Shown piece after piece: positions 1 through 13,977 of a stretch of DNA of 64,000 nt. The notes under the pieces are model-generated. The model did not search any database. It was not told where the DNA came from and saw nothing but the letters and a program-made list of their open reading frames with translations. The translations under genes and the position numbers were made by a program. Source of the stretch: the human T2T-CHM13v2.0 reference genome, Homo sapiens. The first letter of the stretch is position 1. Every line of letters begins with the position of its first letter. Location of the stretch: assembly GCF_009914755.1 (NCBI RefSeq), contig NC_060936.1, one strand, 5' to 3'.

Positions 1-1
1 C

Positions 2-949
<948 letters not shown>

Positions 950-3470
950 AGGAGAACAAAAATTCAGTATTATACAGATCTAAAACTCGCAAGTGAAAGA
1001 TTGTTTACAAACTTCCTGAATATTATCAATGCAGAACAGCTGTGGAGACTCTAACCTGAAGATCTATACCAAACGTCGTCTGCTTACCACGTAACACAGC
1101 TGCATCTTGAGCAGTGACCTGCCAAGGGCAAAGGACCCCGCTCCCTAGACTTACAGATTTTCTAATGCTTGGGCAGGTGGTTACTGCATGTTCCACATCA
1201 GTCAATGCAACTTAGGACAAAACTAACCAGATACAGAAACAGAAGAGAGGCTGCCGGGACCAGCATATTTCCGTTGCAGCCAAATGGATTTTATTTTTTC
1301 ATTTTATTGATTCTCAGAAGCAGAAAGCATCACTTTAAAAGTTCGTTTGTTCATGCAAACTATATTTGCATTCTTACATTAGTTAAGCTAAGCAGCAAAA
1401 AGAAAACACACACACACACTCACATTTAGCCCATGTCATTTAATTGTCAGTTTCTTTGACATAAAGCGCATCTTCTCCACATGGGCTTCACGTGGTTTGG
1501 AGATGGGTGGGGGAAAACAATCAGGTTTCTTCAGGCTGAGGAGGACTTGCTCAGGCCGATTCCAAACATTGTGCTCGTTCAATGCGTAGAAATGATTTGC
1601 ATGATGGCATGCCGTGATCAGAAGTCATGCATGAGATCCATACACCACAGGACACTACTAATCTAGTCCCTTGCACTGGGTCAGCCTTTGGACAGGACCC
1701 AGCCCTGCACCGTTCACTGTATTTGGAGAAAATGGTAAGAGTTCCATACCGGCTACAATTCTTTGAGTTCTTAAAAGTCCTTCATACACCTTCTGGGTAG
1801 GGAAACAACCAACTAATTGACTAACACCACCAACAACAAAAAACAAACCCAATCCAACAAGCAGATGGATCCGTTGCGTGTATATGTTTAACAGACATCT
1901 CTAACATACAGCCATTGTTGCACATTTTGCAAGATGAACTATTTAATGCTGCTCTGTGTCCAGTACATGGGGGAGACTTTGATCCCAAATGGCTTGTACT
2001 ATTTATGTCACTGTAAAACCAAATCCTAGGGCTAAAAAAAAAATTCATTTGTATCTTGCAATATTTATGACGATCGTTTAGCCTTCATACTGGAGAATTG
2101 ACACTTATTTGGGGTAGAGATAAAAGTGCTTTTCAAAGTAGCACCAGTTATCTCTAGGGGTAATTTGGGGAACTTAAAATGACCTTTCATTGGGAGTTAT
2201 GGGGTGCTCATTTCATTTCGTATCATGTCCTCTGCATTGTGGCTTTCTCCAGGCATGGGTCGATACCGCGAGGGGTTCAGATATTCTGAACTGACCTCTC
2301 TCTTCTGCAGAGGGGTCATCGCATACTCACACACTGCATGGCTCCCCCTGCCTCCATCACATTTCTCCACTGAGCAGGGCTTCCCTTGCCCACAGAGGTG
2401 GGTGAGGGTAGCAGCATTGGGGTTACGGCTGTGGTTTCTTTCACTTATTATTAGAATAATAGTCACTGGTGAGACCTGAGGTAGAGATGGAGCCGCCTCT
2501 GAACCAAGCCCACTTGGTTTCTTTACTGCACTGGTTTTCATGAGAAAGCAATTTAATATTAATTCTTTAGGATGTTCCAGCTTCCCTCAGTGCATTCCCT
2601 TGCAGCCAGTTTTGCTATCTGCTTAGCGACCTGCCCATTGTCATTGAAGTGTGGCTTCTGGGGGAGCGTCATATCTTCCATTCCATCTCCTGCTTTAGGA
2701 AAGACAGTTTTTAGTCCAGGGGTTTCTCACCTAATGACTGGATTTCAAAGCCAAGATGCTGCAGTTGAATGTGTCAGGAAGTCTCTATACAAAGAGTGAA
2801 AAGAGACTTTAGCATGTGAACCAAATCCAAATAAATTCTTCCTGAACCATACACTAGAGGGGGAAGAAGAACCAACCCATAATCAGACACACCGATCTGC
2901 CTTGCAGTAGAAGCACTTTGAAGGTAATTTCACAGTCCACCAGACTAGTTTTGCATAGAACAAACCACAGTAAGTCGGCAAGCAGAGCTTTCTATCTTGT
3001 TGGACCACTAGAAACTGTCCAGCTCTCTTAAGCCTGCTTCTGCAGCAGCATCCGTAGAATTTTTGTACTACACCCAATACCAGACTGGGAAGGCCTATCT
3101 TTCAGTGACCCTGCTAACTGCTAGGATGAATGTATAGTAACATGTACAGGCTACATTGTAAACAGCACAAAACAGAAGCTGACATGTGTGGTTATTCTTT
3201 TTAAGAGAATTATAAATACTGTAATATATAATTTTATTTTATTGGCATGCCTTTTTGTAAATACAAATTATTAACTTATTAAATAGGAAATGGCTTCTGG
3301 CTTATGCCATTGTCATGTTTATTTTTATTTTTTATACTTTTCTTTCTTCTTAGAACTTAGATGCTGTCAGCCAATGTACATCCCCAAACCAGACAGACAG
3401 ACAAAAAATTTTTTATTGCTAATGGTCTTTTCCAAAACAACAAAAAATATATATTTTTGTTCCAATGTGC

Positions 3471-3476
3471 AATAAA
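3471..3476 (+). terminator. Proximal polyadenylation signal (AATAAA) of SCN8A
   Basis: AATAAA at the end of a long U/A-rich block (3190-3470), with TGTA at 3375-3378 upstream and TTGTTCTT downstream. Confidence 0.7.
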
Positions 3477-5769
3477 TTCTAACCACGTCTATGCAAGATT
3501 TGGCTAAACTTAATAATTGTTCTTAGGTCTTGAGATGGGCAACAGAGCTGTAAGATCCCGCCAAGTACACCATGTGCTCATGCTAGTGATGTCATTAAGC
3601 TACTAGGGCATAGTGATGAGATTTTTCTGAGATCTAACCGTTTCCCTCCGCTAGCTCCTGACCCCAGCCCAGCAGGCTGTCTCCTCAGTAACACATGGGC
3701 CTTGGTATCTGGCACCCATCAGCCAGCCTCATAGGAAAGAAGCCACCTCCGCTGTATTTGAAGTTTCACTTTTTAAAAAAAAAATGTTTCCCACCTTTTT
3801 ATCCTTCACCCACTGTCCTTCCACCTGCTCACTCACTCACTCTCTCACCCATCCTGCTCCACACTTCTTTGGTAGTAAATGACACCATCACCAGCAGTTT
3901 ACACCCGCAGTTAACAGGCATCGAACTGAAAGAATCAGTGATGACGTTTTTGTGCATCTTCGCTGAGTGGGTAAGTGGCAACGCTTTGCCAAATATTAAC
4001 GAAGCCAATCAAAGAGCAGCGCAGCCACAGTATCACTGCACATATATATATAGATATATAAATATAATATAAATATTTATTTTTTGTAGCCAGGTCCTTG
4101 GTGCAGTATTTATACTCCACAATCCACCTTTTAAAAAAAGGACAAAAAGCAAAAAGATGTGTGATGCTGTTAATAATTTAAAATGCAGAGCCAAAGCCAC
4201 TGAGCAGCAGCTGACATGGTTGCTGGTTTGTGTGTGAAAAACATTTTCCCCCTCTTCTTTCCTTAACCTCCTTGTTGCTTAGGATGAGGAGACTCTGTAA
4301 TTTAAAGCAGAGGACGAGAGGAGGAAGAAACTTCCATGTTAACATGGCCTACTCTCACTCCTTTCTAAACGAGCCACTTTTGGCGTCAGAAGTTGACTGG
4401 AGAGAGATAAACAAACTCCCAGTCAAAGCCCCTAAAGCGACAGTGCCCAGAGTTCTTTTATTTTTTGCTGCAACCAACGTAAACCTGTAAAAGACCAACA
4501 GTGAAGATTAGTGTATTAGTGAATGCATGGAGGCCAATGCTGCCCTAATGAGACGTGATAAAAAGTCCATCACTCCTCTAAGCCAAAAGGAAACAAAATA
4601 AAAATGACCCTTTTTACTGTACAAGGGAAGCCTGTCTTGGTGTGTTTGTTGCTTGACTATCCCAATTCTTGAGTCCTGGGAGGGGTCTGGGAATTGGGAC
4701 CTTAGCACATTTGGGGAAAGGAGGGGAATAGAGGGAAGAGAAATCAAAGGGGCTCTCGCAAAGTTCTGGCTAAGAAGGAGAGATTGGAAGAAAAGCAAGG
4801 TCCTGACCCCCCCCAGATCCCCACTCACCCATTGCATGTGGCATTCCCCACTACTGGCCGGTGCTTAGAGGCCCATAAAACCTCTCTTCACCTAATCCAC
4901 CTGGCAGAGCCCTCAGAGATGACGTCAGCCAACCCAGCTGGACTGGCCTTACTTCTGCCTTTTTCACCTGTATGTTAAAAAACAAAAACAAAAAAACCCT
5001 ATCCCTGTGCCCCAAAGCTAGGGCATGTGCGATGCCCAACAGCCTCCACTCTGCAAGCTCATACTGGGCCCTGCCCTCCATCGCCCCAGACAGGCCCACA
5101 GACGAGGGCTGGTCTCCTTCACATTTGTGTGGGGGTGGGGGCACGCTTCCTCTTCCTTCTCTCCCTGTCCCCCTTTGGGGACATCCCTCTCTAGGCCTAG
5201 GCCATGTCTCCTGGTTCAGGAACACTCTCTCAGGAGGATCTCGAAGTGCCCACTCTAGTCCGCTCCAGTAGCTCCACTCTGGAGCGAGATGGCTGGTAGG
5301 TCAGTCCCCATCCTCCTCCCCTCGGCCCCCAGCCTCCAGGCCTGCTGTGGAGGTGAGATCGCCATGGGTCATGACTTTGTGACTTGAGTCCTGGGCATCT
5401 TCTGTAATGATGCCTCTTTCTTTTCTCAGATGTTGCCCACAGTTTAGCAAAAAGCTTCGTTCATTTTCAGGTACTCCCCACCCCCTAAAGAATTGGCTGC
5501 AACTTGCCAGCCAGGGGGACATCAGGAGAGAAGAGGAAGTCTGGGTTGGGAGGGGCCCAAGTTTTGCAACAGAGTTTCCATTGTTCAGCTCTGTGCTTTC
5601 TTGGATTCCCTTTCCAAGATTACCAAGATTTCCTCCATTAAAACTCCTGAGGCACCCCCTGCCCCTGCCCCCCACTGCTGTTTGCTGTACATAGAGGCTA
5701 AGTGGGGTGGGGTGGGTGGGTGTGCACATGTGGTGTGTGTGTGTGTGTGTGAAGAATGTATATAGGTAA

Positions 5770-6016
5770 AGGGGAGTGTGGTCCAGTGGTTCCAGAAAAG
5801 GGACAGAACTGTGTTCTGTCCCTAGCTTGACCGCTGGCTCGCTGTGTGGCCTTGGGCAAGTCACTTAACCTCTCTGTGCCTCAGTTTCCCCATCTGTAAA
5901 ATGGGGATAATAATACTGACCTACCTCACAGGGGTGTTGTGAGGCTTTAACTAAATGTTTTGTAAAGCGTTTTGAGATACAGAGGCAAAGGCGCTAGGGA
6001 AGGGCAAAGTATTATT
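5770..6016 (+). mobile_element. Near full-length ancient CORE-SINE (MIR family, MIR1_Amn-like) inside the SCN8A 3'UTR
   Basis: A-box-like TGGTCCAGTGG (5779-5789), then the MIR core GCTGTGTGGCCTTGGGCAAGTCACTTAACCTCTCTGTGCCTCAGTTTCCCCATCTGTAAAATGGGGATAATAATA, then the tail TGTAAAGCGTTTTGAGAT...AAAGGCGCTA...GCAAAGTATTATT. The subfamily is from recall of the consensus. Confidence 0.85.
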
Positions 6017-6349
6017 GGACTTAAGGAAGCTGAAATGGTACCATAAATGCTGCTATTCTGAGAGCCATTTTAAACTGCACTGCTCCAACCACCCCCGCTT
6101 CTCATCACCAGGACAGCAGGTCGAGAAAATGTCTTTCCTTTCACTTGCTTCTGGGGTTTGTGATTATTCAAGACAATTTTTTCCCCTTGCTGTATCTCCT
6201 TCCCTCACCTCCTCGACTTGTTCCCTGTTCTGTTTATGCGGAAATGGCAGAAATGCTTGAGAAATGAGAATGTGTAAGTGGATTGGAAGTTTATAGTATG
6301 AAATTTCAATTTTACTTTGTACTGTACATCTTTTTACTTTAGAATTTGC

Positions 6350-6355
6350 AATAAA
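6350..6355 (+). terminator. Distal polyadenylation signal (AATAAA) of SCN8A
   Basis: Canonical hexamer preceded by tandem TGTA (6318-6321, 6323-6326) and U-rich sequence. A CA lies about 22 nt downstream, followed by U/GU-rich sequence. Confidence 0.85.
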
Positions 6356-6809
6356 GGGTTACGTCAATCTTGTTTTCAACTCTCCTCTTGGACTGGCCTG
6401 TCATTCTGTCATTGCCCTCACACTGAAGCCCAAGGTGGACAGGCACCACCACCTCGCAGGACCCCACTCTGTCCCGTGGCGGGGACAGAAGTCTGCGTAA
6501 GGGCTCACCGCGGCTCAGCCCCTTAGCTGGGCAGGCAGTGCCCTAGCCACTCCCAGGTGTGTGGGAAAGGTTTGGGACTCCACTCAGCATGTCAGGAGGC
6601 CTTGCCTGGCGGGGGGCAGCACCTTGGAGGCGGCGCCCTGCACGTGGGCACACCCCTCTCTAGTGGTGCTGCCTCTGCACACTCCAGCAGAGCCCCAGAG
6701 TAGCCCCGAGGGGGAGCTGCACATCTTGTTCTGGTCCCCATCACGTTTTTCAAGCCCCTTATTGCGCACACACCTTTCCTTCTGGAGCTCAAACTTTCAG
6801 GTCAGACGG

Positions 6810-6975
6810 CCGTAGGTTCGAGAACGTGACTATGCCACTAACTAGCTGTGGCCGAGTTTCCGCATGTGTGATGGAGACAATACCTTCCTCCTTGAGTTTT
6901 GAAGAGTACATCAAATAATGTATGTAACTGGTTAGCATGAGGCCTGGCACACAGTGCGCAATAAGTGGTAACTCT
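6810..6975 (+). mobile_element. Degenerate MIR fragment
   Basis: GGTTCGAG...GCCACTAACTAGCTGTG...GCCTGGCACACAGTGCGCAATAAGTGGTA resembles the MIR head and tail. Confidence 0.6.
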
Positions 6976-7010
6976 TCGTGGAAGAATAATTGCAAGATAA
7001 GAAGGAATCT

Positions 7011-7315
7011 GCCTGGCGCAGTGGCTCACGCCTGTAATCCCAGCACTCTGGGAGGCCCAGGCAGGCGGATCACTTGAGCCCAGGAGTTGGAGACCAACTT
7101 GGCCAACAAGGCGAAACCCCGTCTCTACTAAAAACACAAAAATTAGCGGGGCGTGGCTGCGCACACCTGTAGTCCCAGCTACTCGGGAGGCTGAGGCAGG
7201 AGAATCGCTTGAATCCTTGAACCCCGGAGGCAGAGGTTGCAGTGAGCAGAGATCGCACCACTGCCCTCCAGCCTGGGCAACAGAGCGAGGCTCCTTCTTA
7301 AAAAAAAAAAAAAAA
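7011..7315 (+). mobile_element. Alu, full length
   Basis: GCCTGGCGCAGTGGCTCACGCCTGTAATCCCAGCA start, central A-rich linker and poly(A) tail. Confidence 0.95.
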
Positions 7316-7459
7316 GCTAAGCTGACAAGAATTGGGCGGTGCACCTGCCACCCTGGGAGCCTGGTACCTGAGCCCCTCTTCCACCGGCAGTCCCACGGGC
7401 TTTGCTGCTCCTTTCCAACGGATTAACAAACTCTCTGCTCTTTCGGTATTTCTTAACGT

Positions 7460-8692
<1,233 letters not shown>

Positions 8693-8892
8693 TCAGCCCC
8701 CCAGGAGGCTAGGATTCTGGGCTTTTACATTGTAGCTCCTGCCCTAGGCCTCCTAATAGCCACTAATACCTCAAACTGAACAAGTTACCAACATCTCTTC
8801 TAATTCATGTACTCCCCAACCGTTCCCCTTTACGAAAAGCCCTAGACCCCTTGCTCTCCATTAACTTCGATATTCAATCAATTCCTACATTC

Positions 8893-9025
8893 TCTTTTTT
8901 TATTTTCTTTTGTGCAGATAGGGGTCTTGCTGTGTTGCGCAGGCTGGTCTCCAGCTCCAGCCTCCGCCTCTGCCACCACCTCCCAAAGTGCTGTGATGAC
9001 AGGAATGAGCCACCATGCCTGGCCT
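8893..9025 (-). mobile_element. Alu monomer (FLAM-like)
   Basis: T-rich tail, then ...CTCCCAAAGTGCTG...ATGAGCCACCATGCCTGGCC. Confidence 0.75.
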
Positions 9026-9477
9026 CAATTCCTAAATTCTCCTCTTGTCTACCAAATACTAAAGTTTAGTATTTATTAAATGAATCCATCATCCCATTCT
9101 CCCACTCCAGTGCAAGTCCAGACCCTCCTCCTCTCTTGCTGGTCCTCCAGCCCCCATCCTTGCCCCCCAACACTGGGGCCCTGCCTACCTGCACTTATTC
9201 CATTTCCCCCAAGGAAGCTTGGCTCTGGCTCTCCTTCTGATCGCGGCCTGCACTCCTCCTGCTGTCAGGCGCCTTTGGGAAGCCCTCCCTGACTCCGAGT
9301 CACACCCCTTAGTGGTGTCCCCATTAGGGACTCCTCCTATCTGCCCCACAGCACACTGCAGCTCGGCCTTTTTACTGTCTCCGCCAACTAGACTGCAAGG
9401 TCCATACATTGTCCCCATGGCAACTAGAGCATAATAAGTGTTCAGTAAAGATTTGTTGAGTCAATGTGTGAATTTTT

Positions 9478-9600
9478 TGTTTTTTTAAGAGACAGGGTCT
9501 CCTGCTGCTGCCCAGGCTGGTGTCGGAACTCCTGGGCTCAAGGGATCCTCCTGCCTCAGCCTCCCAAAGCGCAAGGATTACAGGCATGAGCCACAAGGCA
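9478..9600 (-). mobile_element. Alu monomer (FLAM-like) embedded in L2-like sequence
   Basis: GAGACAGGGTCTC...CTCCTGGGCTCAAGGGATCCTCCTGCCTCAGCCTCCCAAAG; flanked by the direct repeat TGTGTGAATT. Confidence 0.75.
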
Positions 9601-9863
9601 GGGCCATTGTGTGAATTCTTAACTTGCAAATCAGTCCTGTCCTCGGCCCCCTAAACTCCCACAAAGGCTTCATCATAGAGCCCCAGCTCCTAGCAGGGCA
9701 TGGAAGGCCCTCCATAGTGAGGTCCCCACTGACTCCTCCAGCCTCACTCCTCCAATTCCTGCCCTCACTATCTTGTAACACAACAAGACTCGTGGCACAG
9801 CACGTAAGATGCAGTTTCCAGCCTCCATACTTGGCCCAGCTATCCCCCTCCCCTCCTGGGTAG

Positions 9864-10247
<384 letters not shown>

Positions 10248-11419
10248 TAACCTGTGCATCCTCCACCAGGGCACTCATCTGGAAATTAGAGGATTTATTC
10301 AAGAAACATGTATTCAATGTCTTGTATGTACCAGATAATTGCACTAGGTGTATGAATATAAAGACTACTTTGATGTGGTCCCCCATCCCCAGCAGCTTTA
10401 TCCAGTTGTATTTTTAAATGATCAATTTCTGAGCTTTTCCCACCTAGACATGGGCTCCAGGAATAGCAGCTGTGCTTGACCCCTTCTGTATCCTCAGTGC
10501 CAGGCCCAATGTCTGCACACAGTAAGGTGCAAAATAGAGGAGTGGGGGCAGGTGGGTCTGGACCTCCAAGGGCTGAGAGGCTTGTGGTAATGGACTCTGG
10601 GGCAGTGCCTTAGAGCCCCCACCTCCAGGCACACTCACATTTGTGTCCTCTTTGCTTTGCAGGGTCTCCCTGATGCTCACGCTGCCTCCTGTATGTGTGC
10701 AGTGAGCCATAGCAGGGAGCCTGGGTGCACTACTCCCCTGTGCTCTTGCGCATGCTCAGCAATCTTGCCTAGAGTATTCAAGGACCTAGGAGCTGTGGGT
10801 CCAAATCTCTCACTGACATCTCTACAGAGCTTGTTCAGCAAGTGTTCCTAGGTTGTTCAGTCTCCCAGTTTACGATGAGCTGTCACAGATAGAGTTAGGG
10901 GACTGATGGATGGGGGGATGGTAGACAAAGGACACCACGTCACCTGAGACATTGGAACTTGGCCGTCTCCACACCCCGCCCTCTATCCACTTTATCTCCA
11001 CTGAGAATGGAATACAAGTATAACCCTAGCTCTATTCAATGAAGGCTGCTGCAGGTTCTGGATGGCTCCTCCCTCTCTTCAGCAACCCCCTTCCTCCATG
11101 CATTCATTTCTTCACTCATTCAACAAACATGTGAGCCCTTCCTTGCCCCCCTATTTTGTGGCTCTGGGGATACAATGAGCCTGCCCCAGTGCTGAATGTC
11201 AGAGCTCAGAACGGCAGGAAGGCCCCTTACCCATGGCTTCTTCCCCATAGCCTCAGTGCCCATTCCTGTAGGTACTCACTGTATCACAGTGAGTCACAGG
11301 AGTCCTTGCTCCTTGTTACTAGGGGATTAGGAACACCCCGCCCAGGGCACCAGCATACACAGGTGTCCAGACATCTCCCAGAGGACTCCCACATCCCACT
11401 GCCCCCGAGAAATCTTCTG

Positions 11420-13977
11420 CAAACCACATGTCATCGCTTTAATACTGTGTAATACTTTCTTTTAAAATACAGTCTCTTCTGAGGTAGACAGACCACAACT
11501 GCAGAGCATCGTCAGACAGGAGATAAATACGTCCATGTACAACACGCAGCAAAATGAGGTAGAAATGGTTACAGCGGGAGGAGAGGATCCCAGCCCCAGT
11601 CTGGGTAGAGGAAGGGGAGAGGCCAGCTCGGAAGTCACCCTCCCCACTCCCTGCCCCTGGATTCTTTGGTATGCCTCCCCCCAACATTACCAGAGCTGGA
11701 CTGGCCCTTCCCCTACCTGCCCCAGAGCCCATGAGGTAGGTGCCACTAGGCTGGGGGCAGTCTCCTTGTGCAAAGCTCCCCAAGCCTGGGGAACAGGAGG
11801 AGCCTAGTAGAGAAAGCGGTGGGGACTCCACCTCCCAGAGCTCCCTGCCTCTTGAAGGGAAGGCTGGGATCCCACCCCAACTTCCCTGACACCCTCCACC
11901 CACCCCCACCCCCCAATACATACACACCTGAGAGAGAACCCCTCACTCCATGCTCCCTCCGAGGGTCTTTTGCAGCCTGCGGCTGTGACCCGGCAGCCCA
12001 CTGCTTCTGAGGCACCAAAGCCCTGTGGGCGGCTGGCTCCAAAGAGGGGGCCAGAAAGCAACGGGGGTGGGGGGGAACAGAGCAGCCTTCTGGTCAGCAC
12101 TCCTAGGCCAGCACAGGCCCTGGGTGCCAGGGCCCCTGAAAGATCCCCCCCAGACACCCTCCCAGCCAGCGGGGAGGCAGTAGACTCTAGGAAATGCACG
12201 GGCAGGCAAGGAACTGCACAGGAGGCTGAGGTGGGAGAGAGAAAAAGTGGTGGTGGGGGGGCGTGTCCCCTGCTTTGGACTAAGATCAGAGTTGTGAAAT
12301 GGGCTGGGGGTGGTGGGAGCAAACTGCTAAAGCCTCATCAAGGGAAAATTGGTGGGAAGGAGAGAAATATGGTTCTTGGAAGGGTTCCAAGCCTAGTGGA
12401 AAGTTCAGGCAGGACTGAGACTAAGCCCCCAAGGTCAGAGAAAACACCCCTGCCCATCTCCCTCACCCTCTCCCAGCCCTGGAGCTCCAGACCTAGGACT
12501 CCGGGGGAATGGGGAAGGCACATTTCCTCACAGAGCCCCCACAAGTGAGGGATGCTCACTCCTCCTCAGAGCCTCCAGCAGAGATGGCTGAGGTCCAGTA
12601 GCTGATTTTGTGGCCAGACTGTCTACCCAGATGGAATCCTCCTAGCATAAGTCACTGGGGACCTCTGCCAAGGCAGGGCCAGGGGACATGACCTTTCTGG
12701 AGACTTTCTGCTTAGGTCACCTTCCCATTTGGGCCCTCCCACCCTACCTTCTGGGTCTCAGGAAGGAATTGGGCAAGGGCATCCTAACTCTGGATAGCCC
12801 TTCACAGAAAACACTCAGCGGAGGGGTTGGGTGGGGCAGGGGGTGGGGAGCAGCAGGAGAGGAATAAGGCCTCCCTTCTCTCAAACCCCACAGCCCACTC
12901 CCCACATTCATGCCTAGGCCTCGGCCCTGGGGAGGAAGCCCTTAGGAATACATTCTGCTTCTGACCAGGAATAGCTGGGGTTTCACTGAGGCCTCTGGGT
13001 CTTCCTCTCCCCTTCCCCGTAAGTCTCATTTTTTGAGTGTCTGGGAGAATTTGGTCCCCTGGATGGAGTGGGGGGGAGGGGGCAGGTGTGAGGGGCACAC
13101 AGGAGAGCAGCCAAAGTCTAACATTCTTTCTGAGGTCAGTTTCTTCCTGAGTTGTCAAAAGAAAAAGAAAAACAGCAAATTCTACACATTTTACAAAAAT
13201 AAGAAGACTAAAATATGAAACAAGCTACATTTCTGGGATCTCCCCTCAAAAACAAACAAAAAATTCCCCTTCTTTGGGGACTTTTTTTCCTTGATCCCCC
13301 TAGACCCTAGGTTTCAGATGGGTAGAGGGGTAACCCTCCTCCTCAGCCCCTGGGCCTCCAGAGCTCCTGCAAAGGGCCACTGCAGTCCAAATAAGAACAG
13401 AAGGCAGGGAAAGGCATTAAAGCTCAGGGACCAAAAGGCCAGGGACGCTGGAGAGCCAGGGATGGAGACAGAAGCACAGAGGGTGAGGGATGGAGAGCTG
13501 GGGAGGGAGGGGCAGGAGAGAAACAGGGCCAGCATGGGGTGGGCAGGGGTGTCAGCGACAAAGCAAAAGGGAGAGAAAACCAAGAGAATGCAGAGAATGG
13601 GATGGAGAGAGTGAGGGAGAAGGAGGGTGCCATTCAGATAGCGAGGAGACAAAAGCGTTGTGGCAAGAGAGCAGGAGTTCTTAAGGCCCCGGGTGCCAGC
13701 CCATGCCGGATCTGCCCGGTCTGCCGGGCGGAGATGGCGAGCTTCCAGTCCACAATAAATAGGAAAAACCTGAGTACACGGCGCATATGGCATCTGCCTG
13801 GCAGAAGCATTTTCCTTCCCACGAAAAAAAAAATATCCACCGGCAGACCCCTCCTGTCCCCGATCCCACATTCACCACTCCAGCCCCTGCCAGCCGGGTT
13901 TAGTCAGTGACATCCCTCCCACGCGGAGGCGGCGGGGACGGAGGGACTGCGGCTCCCGCGGCCTCCCCCGCGCGCCG
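11420..13977 (-). other. FIGNL2: FIGNL2 3'UTR (about 2.55 kb)
   Basis: Repeat-free sequence between the FIGNL2 stop and a minus-strand ATTAAA. Confidence 0.75.
11438..11443 (-). terminator. Polyadenylation signal ATTAAA of FIGNL2
   Basis: TTTAAT on + reads ATTAAA on -. TGTACA at 11536-11541 provides an upstream UGUA. Confidence 0.75.

Larger units (their letters stand above)
950..6380 (+). other. SCN8A: SCN8A 3'UTR, long isoform about 5.4 kb; short isoform ends about 3495
   Basis: Follows the stop codon. It has AU-rich, Alu-free sequence typical of a conserved neuronal UTR and ends at an AATAAA with upstream TGTA elements. The 3' end is estimated from hexamer spacing. Confidence 0.88.

Noticed and set aside
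4040-4085. Quasi-palindromic (TA)-rich tract in the SCN8A UTR
   Set aside because: Self-complementarity follows trivially from TA low complexity.
4597-4602. Third AATAAA in the SCN8A 3'UTR
   Set aside because: Lies within an A-rich run (AAACAAAATAAAAA), so chance occurrence is likely. Not called without 3'-seq, though minor use is possible.
6615-6637. RE1/REST-like CAGCACCTTGGAGGC (and GCAGCACCACCACAGCTCC near 57089)
   Set aside because: The right half-site does not match GGACAG or the spacing is wrong.
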